Of a DNA stretch of 64,000 nucleotides, positions 54,000 to 64,000 are shown in pieces (positions within the stretch are counted from its first letter, which is position 1; each line of letters starts with the position of its first letter). The translations under genes and the position numbers were made by a program. This DNA comes from Welwitschia mirabilis (Eukaryota), in NCBI GenBank assembly GCA_051453625.1, contig JBOZIK010000001.1:31596447-31660446 (forward strand), read 5' to 3'. The notes under the pieces were generated by a model. That model ran no database searches. It had not been told where the DNA came from and was given only the letters and a program-made list of their open reading frames with translations.

Positions 54000-56706
54000 T
54001 GAGGTGCATCCTAAACTTACTCGAGTATGAAATTATGAATGACTTTTTTTACTTATACTTTTTATGTATTTATACACTACAATGCCTTAATCAATTTAAA
54101 TCAACACAAACTTCATCATTTGAATTATGCTTTATTGATATCCAACTTAGAAATGGCCTCTAATTCCAAAAATCTACTAACTACTCCTGCTACTCCTCCT
54201 CATGTAAGGAAGTTTAAGTACTACTTATTTAGCTTAGTGTTTTCATAGATATAAATGAACATCACCAGTGTAGGTAAAACTTCTTCAAAAATTTTAGTGA
54301 AAAATGTCTATACTCCTAATCTTCCATCTTACAATTTAGTTTCTAAAGTGCTCAGCACCTTGGATGAAATACTTCAAGAGAATGAAATAAACTAGTTTAT
54401 TCACGAGGAAGTTCCACCATATTTTAATCCCATAGTACATAAATTATGCATTGAATACTTGAGAATTTATACTACTAAGATGAGCTTTATTCTAACTAAT
54501 GAAACAAATAGGTATTATGCTTTCTAAGGTCATTTGTAGATCAGATATAAGAGTTAGAGTGAAGGGTATGGTAAACTAAGGTTAAAAAAATAGCTTTAAG
54601 TCTCTCTGCTTTTTCTTTTGATGAGGATCACTTAAAAACATGGGGACATGAGATGACTCAGCCTACTAGAACTTCTATAATTCTCATACTATAGAAATGG
54701 AGATTCTAACTAACTCCCTATACTACCTATATTTACTTCCTTTAATGGAAACTTTTAGCAAAAAGAGATCTAGGAGGAAGAACAAGTATAAAGACTAATT
54801 CTTTTAAGGTCTTATGGAATAAAGTTTAGGTACTCATTTTTTAGTTATGCTTACTACTTATCTAGATGTACCTATAATTATAGAACAATTTTACTTTTTG
54901 TTTAAAACTATTTTTATTGAAAAACTTAAAGACTGTTATTGCTTATATTATGGAATAAGAATCTTCTATTAAAAATAATTGGTTGTCTTTTATTTAATAC
55001 TTTTTTTCTTATGCCAAATTATAACAACTATTTAAATGTTAATATCTTTTATTCTTACAAGAATTTATTGCTTCAGTAATAGAGAGAATTAGATCATGGA
55101 CTAAAAAATTCCTCTCTTCTACTAGTAGACTTATTTTAGTCAAAGTGGTGCTTCAATCCTTATCTTCTTTTTTATGCAGGATGTTTCTTCTTCCTAACAA
55201 GGTCCTTGCTAAGATTAATTTCTTATGTAGAAGATTCCTTTATACATGGTTTTCTAATCATTCCAAGAAGGCCCTTATATCTTGACATAATTTGATGAAA
55301 CCAAAAGTAGTAGGTGGTTTGGGCTTAACTAACATTATATTAATGAACAGAGATTTGGTGCTAACTCAATTATGGAATTTAGAACTCAAAAATGATAGCC
55401 TTTGGGTTAAATGATGTAATGAGTATTACTTTAAGGAATTAAATGTCTAGCAATATCAGGTAATACAAAAAACCTCATGAATCATCAAAAAAATTCTGAA
55501 TTTCAGATATCAGGTAGGAAGATATGTACATTTTATCAATAATGCTCTAGTTTATATTGTAGGTGGTTGTAATTCTCCACCTCCTCAACTTACTTGCAAC
55601 TATGTGGATAGGCCCCTAAGGTAGACTGGTCTTCTCTTGTATGGAATATATTAACTTTATTAAAACATTCCTTTATTACTTAGCTAGCCAGCAATAATAG
55701 ACTAATTACTAAGGATAGATTGCTCAAGGTTTGGTTTCAGATTGAATGTAAATGTATTCTATGTGATTTAGCTAAAGAAACCATATTTTCTTTGAATGTT
55801 CTCCTTGCTCTCATCTTCTCCAATCTACTTTAAATCTAATTCACTTACAACCCCCTATAGCTTCATGGATTGACTTGATAATTTGGCTAAAGTAGTAAGT
55901 TAGGTCTAGATCCTCTCAACATAGCATCACCAAGTCCCTAATTACCATTTGCATCTATCATGTTTGGTAAGGATGAAACATGAAGATCTTTAATTAGACA
56001 ACATTCAATGTACTTCAAATGATTAAATAAATCAATATTTAGCTAATGATCCATCTCTCATCCATCTACAAGCTAAAAGACACTCAGAAAAATCACTCTT
56101 AGTATCAGCTCATAGACATCTATTCACAATTTCTTAGAAGAAGTACTCTATAGTCTCATCAGTCCACTTTCCAATTGTCTTCATGTGTTTTAAAGATGTG
56201 CTAATTCATCTCCTATCAATATCTTCCTTTTAAGGCTTTGCTCTTATTATTTTACAAATACTTCTCTAGGAACTTATTAAAGAATTTGAGCTAGGGAAGA
56301 AGGACTAAAATATTAGGCTCCTTGAGGCTATTATTAGCAATGTGATGCAACATTCCAAGCTTTTGTTTATTATGCTTTGTAGGCCTTCCTCCATAATGTT
56401 GCTCTCCACTAGGTGTCTAGCATTGTCTCTTTCGCTCATAAGGAGACTTTGTTCTAGGATCACCAATCTAAGTGACAGACTAGGAAATGGTGATCTATTT
56501 CCTCCCTTGTATTCCCCTCATGCAAAGTTTAGAGTTTTCTTAGATAGTCCACTACTACCTCAAGATTTATTTATTTTCCTATTTCTATTTCAGCTTTGTA
56601 AAGTGATCTGTTTTTTTTCTTAGGTTATATGTACTATGTTTTTTGTGAGAGTTGTTTTATTTTCTCCTCCAGTAATGAAATGGTTTTAAATTTCATTAAA
56701 AAAAAA
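54000..56706 (+). mobile_element. 5'-truncated, internally deleted L1-type LINE (ORF2 remnant) with poly(A) tail
   Basis: 'TYLDVPII', 'RIRSWTKKFLSSTSRLILVKVVLQS' (~55085), 'KPKVVGGLGLTNI..MNR..LWNL..DSLWVK' (~55300), zf-RVT 'RLITKDRL..CKCILC..ET.HIFFEC' (~55700-55800) and an A9 tail at 56698-56706. The 5' boundary is approximate. Confidence 0.88.
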
Positions 56707-57369
56707 GGATTTTATTGCTTTAGGATAAATAAAGAAAAGATACATTTATTTAAATGTCCTGAATGTTGAAACAAAACAATGATACCTTGTGTAACATTTG
56801 CATTTCTTTTGAGGTTCACTTGGTTTTGAAAAATATTAGAGACCAATCATTTCTTAGATAACATATTGAGAATGATTGTATTATTTATACTTGCAAGCTA
56901 AAGAGCCTTTATTTTAAAGAAAACTTTTACAATAAGAAGAGCACAAGCACTGTCATAGGATTAAGTCCTTATAGAGTTATAAACTCAAATCATTACCAAC
57001 TAGTTCCCTAGTGAAGTTCTTATAGCTATCTTATTATACTATCAAAGGCTTATTTTGGGAATATTTGCCTCGATGTACTTATGATAGGATATTGCTCTTT
57101 TTTGTTTTAAATTTTTTTCTTTTTTTTTCCTTTTTCTTTATAATATAAGATAAAAGATTACACATGGATCATTATTTTCCTTTAATCATCTACTCATTGT
57201 TATTATTATAACCTCATCCTTTATGAGGTCTTACTAATTACTTAGAGAGAAAATTTAACTTGAAAAATAAAATTCTATAATTTGAATAACATCCATTTTT
57301 TTTCCTTAAAAGACGAACTTTATTATATGATAAAAGTCTTTTTTTTCTTTTTCCAAAAATACAATGATT

Positions 57370-60300
57370 AAGGAGGAAGATGCATAGATAGAATTCTTTC
57401 CATCTTATAAGGTTATCAAATTTCTTCTAAGAATAAAAATTCTTCTATGTAAGTTTTGATTTTATGATTATTTATTTGATATGTATCTTTAGTATCCTCA
57501 TTAAATACTTTCATTACTTCATTAGGTAAATTTTTTTATTTAAGTATATGGACCATACTATTTCTAAGTATACTTTTGTTTAGAGGATATATATTTAGAG
57601 TCAAAAACCAAAACTTTATCTCCAATTTTAAAATTAATTTTTTGAATATTATGATTATGTCACTTTTTAAATTGTCCTTTGATTAATTCTTTTCTTATCA
57701 AAGATTCTCTTCTATCCCCATCTAATTTATTCATATTTTGTATTTACTTCTTTTGAGCTTTACATAGATAATGATCTAATTATTTAGCTAATTTACAGGA
57801 TGCTAATTTAAATTTAATAGGTAAAATTGCTTTCTTACCATAAATCCACTCATATGGTGTGAAACTTATACTATTTTTCCAAGTTCTCTTATAGGCCCAT
57901 AAAGCTTTAGTAAGTTTATATGCCTAATGAGTTCTTTTAGTGTTTACTATTTTAGTTAGAATTTAGTTTAATTCTATATTAGTGACCTCAACCTGATCAT
58001 TAGATTAGAGATGATAAGCAGAGGAGAGTTTATGATGGAACCCTTATTTAGATAAAACATTTTCAAAGGCTTGATTAGTGAAATGGGTTTTCCTATCTGA
58101 TACAAGACTCCTAGGCATACCAAACTTATGAAATATATTCTTAGATAAGAATTTTACTATAGTCTTAGTGTAACAATTAGGAATAGCCTTGGCTTTAGCC
58201 CATTTAGTCAAATAGTCCTCATAGATTATAATGTATTTCTTTTCATAGGATTTTGAATTAATAGGACCAATGAAATATATTTCCTAGAAATTAAAGGACT
58301 CTAAATCGTAAATCCATTGTTGGGACATTTCCACTACTTTTGAGCATTCTTCCTCTCTTTGACACTTATCACATCCTTTAGTGTAATTGAAAGAGTTCCT
58401 AAATAGAGAAGGCCAATAATATCCTACATTTAATATTTTTATGAATATTCCTTTTCCTACATAATGACCTCCTCCTTCTTCTACATAGAAAGTTTTTAGG
58501 AGCTCCTTCTAATTAGGTTTACTAATACATCTTTAGATGATGCCATCCTTATAAAATTTGAAGAGAATCTTATTTTTTCATATATAATTTTTTACGTCTT
58601 TTAATAATCTCTTTTTCTCATAATAGGTTAAGTAAGGAGGTACCCTATTACTTACTAATAAATTAGCAATTTCTACAAACTAAAAATCTTGTTGCGAACT
58701 TACTAAATACTCATCAGAAAAACGTTTTGAATATCCAATTGTTCAGTTTCTTTAGAGAATTTTAGCTTAGACAAATGATCATTTACAACATTTTTTGTTC
58801 CCTTCTTATCTATCATCTTGAGATCAAATCCTTATGTTAATAGTATTCATATTATTATTCAAGAATTGGCTTCTTTCTTATTCATTAAAAATCATATAGT
58901 GCTATGATTCATGTGAACTTTAATATCATAACCTAAGATATAATACTTGAATTTCCTTAAGGCTACCACTATGTCTATCATATCATTTTTTATAATTATA
59001 TAATTTTATTGTGCAGAATTAAATTTTTATTTATTTAAGTAATAGCAGAGGATTTATAATGATCATCTTTCTATTCTAAAATAGCATTAACAACATACTA
59101 TGAATCATTAGTTATAATGTAGAAAGATTTATCCCAATCTAGTTTTTGTAAAATAGGAACTTCAATTAATTTATCTTTTAGAATTTAAAAAGCCTTTAGC
59201 ATTCTTGGGTCCATTCACAAGATGCATCTTTTTGTAAAAGATTACAATGGTTGAGTAATTTTAATAAAATTAGCAATAAATCCTCTATAATAATCTACAT
59301 AACCTAGAAATAATCTCAATTCCTTTAGTTTATAGTTGGAGGAGGAATTTATTTAATGACATTAATCCTTTACTCATTAGTTTCAATTCCTTTGACTGAT
59401 ATCCTATCACTTAAAATAATACCTTTAACTACCATGAGATGACTTTTAGACCAACTCAGTTTCAAATTCTTTTCTTCATATTGAGTAATTATAACTTCCA
59501 ATATTTCCAAAGATTCACTAATTTCCAAAAGTTGAGAAATCATCCATGAAAACCTTAGTTGATCTTCTTATCTATCCTAGAAAATAATGTTCACTTGCCT
59601 TTAAAAAGTGACTAGTGCATTACATAATCCATAGAGTAAAACTGTAAAGGCATATCTATCCCATTTATAAGTAAAAGTCTTTTTCGCTTGGTCTTCAAGA
59701 GCTATAGGAATTTAATTATACCCACTATATCCATTTAAGAAACTATAGTATCTATAACCAAAAATTCCTTCTAAAACTTGATTCACAAATGGTAAAGAAA
59801 AATGATCTTTATAAGTAGTAGCATTCAGTATCCTAAAATCTATTCCCATTCTCCATTTATTATTCTTCTTAGGAACTACTATCATAAGGATTACCCATTC
59901 TAAATTAGAAATAGAGTAGATGAATCCTACTTTTAATAACCTTAAAATTTCCTAGTTAATATCATCTTGCATATGAGGATCACATATTTTTTTTTGATTA
60001 TCTAATAGGTTTTATTATGGTATTTAAATAAATCTTATTTTGGCATATTACAGTGTCTATCCCTATAATATCTTTATTAGTCCAAGAAAATTAGTTTATT
60101 TTATTAACATTATTTGTAATTTTCTCTTTTGAAAATGATTTAAATTTCTATTAATGATTAGAGATAAATTTTTATGTATTTCAAACCTTTCTTAAGAGGA
60201 GGTTTTTTCAATTTTCTCTTTCTTCTCAGTTGGTTTAATAGTCAAAAAGTAATATTCTCTTTTAAGTTTTTGTTCTACTAATATTTGCTAAGCTTCATTC

Positions 60301-63300
60301 ATGAGAATCATGTTAGCACTACCCCCCACCCCTCTATTAGAATAAGGGTGTTCAATTTCTACCTCATCAAATATTTTTATTTACTGCACAAGGTCTCCTA
60401 AACTAATATCCATTACTCCCTTCCTTGAATAAATAGTTTCATTGGTTGTTTCCATTTAAGTTCTCCCTAGGATCATGAGATGTATATTTCCCTTTATCTT
60501 CATGACAACTAGATCCACTAAATATCCAAATTCTTGTAGTTCTTTTAATTTCTTTTTCATTATGCCCTCTAATTTTATTGTATAGCCATGTGCCATGTAA
60601 ACTTATCCATTATGTGGAGTTAACTATGGACTTTTAAGATATTTGAATGTATCATAAGAAATAACATTAATATTGGCCCCTAAATACACTAAAGCTTCTA
60701 TTTTATGGGCATCTTTAATAACTCTATCTACTACTAGTATTCTAGGGTCACTATACTTATCAATTTGATTTTCTTATAGAGCTTAAGTAGAAGCCCAAGA
60801 TACCTAATCTCTTTTAGTTAATTATTTTATTGACTATTTATCATTAATTCTCTCTTTCTTTTTCTTACTTCCCTCTTTATTAGAAAAATTCTTCATTTTC
60901 TTCTAATATAAGAAAATGTCCTTTAATATCCTCACAAAAGATAATGTAATTGAAACATCTTCTAGAGCTCTAATAAGATATTATACATCTTTTTCTCCTT
61001 TCTTTAAAAATTTCCTTATCATCTTACTTCTCATTGGAGATGGTAAGGAATCGTCCATTTCTCCTTTAGTTGAACATTTTCAATCACTCTTCCATATTTT
61101 GTAGTTGCCTAGGAGATGAATTAGAATGATGACTTTTTAATAACCTAGTTCTAATAACTTTATAACCAGATTCCCTTGGATTTGGTTGAGCTTATGCAAG
61201 TGTAAATGGTTCTTTAGGTTCTTTTCCTTATCTTGTTATGGATTGTGACTAGATTCCCCTTTTTGATTTCTCTAGTTCCTAAAATAATCATATCATTGTT
61301 GTATTTTAGACTAAATAAATCTCTACATTGAAGTCTCTTTATTATTTTTTCATTTTCTAGTTTAGTTAGCACAAGATTTATTATTAATTTAATGAGCATT
61401 GTTAGGATTATAATTAATTTTGTTAGTGTTTAACCATTCAATAAAATCCACCATTCATGAACATTCTATAAATTAATGATTCTCCTCATTATAATATTCA
61501 TAAGTTTTTACTTCCTCTTCTTATTTTAATCTATAAATCTCTTTTATTAGAGCTTCTATTATCTTATTGGTTTTTTCTAGCATGNNNNNNNNNNNNNNNN
61601 NNNNNNNNNNNNNNNNNNNNNNNNNNNNNNNNNNNNNNNNNNNNNNNNNNNNNNNNNNNNNNNNNNNNNNNNNNNNNNNNNNNNATACCTAAACTCTTTT
61701 AATTAATTCTTTTATTAATTATTCATCATTAATTTTCTCTTTTTTTTTTTTATCCCCTCTTTACTACACAACTTCCTCATTTTCTTCCAATATAAGGAAA
61801 TGTCTTTTAACATTTTTTCTAGAGGTAAGGTAATTGAAGTTTCTTCTAGAGCTCTAGTAAAATATTATACATCCTTTTCTACTTTCTTTAAAAAATTCCT
61901 TTTTATCTTAATTCTCATTAAAAATGGTAAGGAATGATCCCTTCCTCCTTTAATTAAACTATTTTTAACCACTCTCCCATTTTCTTTGGTTTTCTTTTCT
62001 TTTCTAAGAGGTGAATTAGAATGATGGCTTCTACCTAACATAGTTCTAACATCTTTACAACCAACTTCTCTCAAATTTGATTTGAGTTGTATAGGTATAA
62101 AAGGTTCTTAAGGTTTATTCCCCTTATCTAGTTGTTGATTGTAACTAGATTCCCCTTCTTGATTTCTCTAGTTCCTAAAATAATCATATTGTTCTTATCT
62201 CTTAGACTACATAAATCTCTATATTAAAGTTTTTTTTTTATTTTTTCCTTTTTTAGTTTAATTATAATAAGGCTTCTTCTTAATTTGGGGATTATTGTTA
62301 GGATTATAATCAATTTTTTTAATATCCAATCATTTCAAAAACCTTGTCATCTATAGACATTCCATAGATTGATGATTTTCCTCACTATAATATTTGTAAG
62401 TTTTTACTTTTTCTTCTTGTTTTATATATTAATTTTCCCTATTAGATATTCTATTCTTGTATTAGTCTCTTATTATCATGCTTACGTGCTTGGTTTCTAT
62501 TTATTTCTCTATTGGAACTTCATTGATATTTCTCTTTTCTTTCTCTTCATTTTGAGTCCACCGTTGATTCATTTTGTATAATTTATTTATACTAGTTTTA
62601 ATCTCTTGGATGTTGTCATTATTGATGCTTTTTCCATGGAGTATATCTAACTTTTCTAAATAGTCAATCTATATACCACTTAATAAATCTCTTATTCCTT
62701 CTTTAAGAGTTACCCCATGATTAGGATATCTTGCTAGTAGAATCCAGTATCTATAAATAAACTCATTAAATTTCTCATGTTCTTTCTATTTAACATTTAA
62801 AATTTAATCTCTCAAATCTTTAATGACCTACTTGATTTGATATCTATTCAAAAATACTAACCTTAAAGAGTCTTAGGTTTTAAAAGTATAATTTGAAAAC
62901 TATGAAACCACAATTAGTAATCTCAATTTAAGGTAAAAGAAAATGTGTCAAAAAACCTGAGTCCATTTCCAAGTAGTTAGCCTTGCAAAAAGAATAAAAA
63001 AGACTTAGATAAAGATAAGTCCTTTAGCTTTTTTGCCTTTAAAAGTAAGAATATTAGTATTATTTATATTTCTTATCTTGTTAAGAGTTTTTAAAACTAA
63101 AGTATCTACAGGATTAGTTATTTGAGATGTATAATAGTTAATGCTCAACGGAGTAGAATTAACTACCTCTTCTTCATCTCAATACAATCCTTTTAGTCTT
63201 TGCAATTTTTCTCTTTGTATTTGAGCTTGTATCAATAGATTAATTTTATGCTGTAACTCTTCTTGAATTCTCTTAAGTGTTTTTATATTTTCTATGAAGT

Positions 63301-63380
63301 CATAACAACCAATTTTATTTCTTACTGCATCACTAATTACTTCATCCAACTTTTATTTTTTAGGGTTCTAGACATATCAT
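57370..63380 (-). pseudogene. Degenerate gag-pol of element F
   Basis: PR 'ALVYLGANINVISYD' (~60695). RT 'SNLEWVILMIVVPKKNNKWRMGIDF', 'DHFSLPFVNQV', 'LNGYSGYN', 'VFMDDF' (59553-59536). RH 'KKGTKNVVNDHLS'. IN 'GGGHY..GYYWPSLF..CDKCQ', 'ALWAY', 'YGPY' (~57550). Confidence 0.93.
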
Positions 63381-63459
63381 TTCTTCTTATCCCTTTATTG
63401 TACTTGGTTATCTTTTCTTAAAATGGTCTTCATTATTTAAGTCAAAAGAGTAGAAGTGT

Positions 63460-63475
63460 CCTACTTCTAATGCCA
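63460..63475 (-). promoter_or_regulatory. PBS, tRNA-Asn type
   Basis: Reverse complement tggcattagaagtagg vs tggcgctagaaggagg (complement of the plant tRNA-Asn(GUU) 3' end), 13/16 matches, 3 nt from the LTR. Confidence 0.75.
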
Positions 63476-63478
63476 AAA

Positions 63479-64000
63479 TGACAAGCCTTTAATTTAATTA
63501 GAAATACTATAAAATAATTAACTAATTCCAATTAAATACTTAATAAAAATAAAGTTATATTACAAAAGTACTAAAAAAAATGAAAACTATATCATCACAT
63601 AGAGACTTTTATCATTACTAATTTTTATATGGAGTTTACTTTTTCATGTTTTTAACTCGAATGAACACTCTTTTTATTAAATCAGAGCACATTCTATGTC
63701 AAAAATAAATATTCATGGAAAAATGGTATTTTGATAATTACTCTATTATAAATAATATTTATAGGAAATGAGGAATAAAAATAAATGAAATAGAGAAAAC
63801 ATAGCCATATTATGTGTATTACTTATGTATAAGTGATACACTATCTCAATATTAACTCTCTAGCTAAAATTAATACTAAGAGCAAGAAAATAACTTTTTC
63901 AAATTACATAGTAATACCAGATTATTTTTATAGTGTAAATTTGTATTACTATCTAGAAAATATAGCAATAAGCAAGTTCATATGTTTTCACAAGAGGTAT
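63479..64000 (-). repeat. 5' LTR of element F (continues beyond the window)
   Basis: Aligns with 48672-49203. Confidence 0.9.

Larger units (their letters stand above)
48672..64000 (-). mobile_element. Element F: full-length Athila-type retrotransposon (gag-pol, env-like ORF, two LTRs) carrying a LINE insertion
   Basis: Matching LTRs at 48672-49624 and 63479->64000, PBS 63460-63475, PPT 49625-49636, and PR-RT-RH-IN order on the minus strand. Confidence 0.9.

Noticed and set aside
53948..56716. LINE target-site duplication aggatttt (53948 and 56706)
   Set aside because: It is only 8 nt of low-complexity match in AT-rich DNA, which is insufficient to fix the boundary.

Overview
This is AT-rich, CpG-poor draft-assembly sequence of plant type with many N gaps. 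It consists almost entirely of nested, heavily decayed Ty3/Gypsy Athila-type LTR retrotransposons. I found no intact host gene, RNA gene or CRISPR array, and every coding region is a pseudogene. Six elements can be resolved. A (<1-8497, +) and B (19135-27777, +, TSD ATCAG/ATCAA) are gag-protease-only non-autonomous elements. C (~10856-30599, +) has gag-PR-RT-RH-IN plus an env-like ORF, and B sits inside that ORF. D (~31824-37800, +) is truncated within RT. E (~37801-45786, -) is another gag-protease element and carries a solo LTR (39798-40868, TSD CATGG/CATTG). F (48672->64000, -) is a full-length element with a tRNA-Asn PBS, an env-like ORF and an antisense L1 LINE insertion. There are also env-like fragments, a possible hAT remnant and a tRNA-Met PBS fragment. 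The most notable observations are an amplified family lacking RT/RH/IN that parasitises its autonomous relative, two lineage-specific palindrome families and strong C>T/G>A decay. I see no convincing evidence of a wholly new biological system. Several apparent duplications at gaps are probably assembly artefacts.
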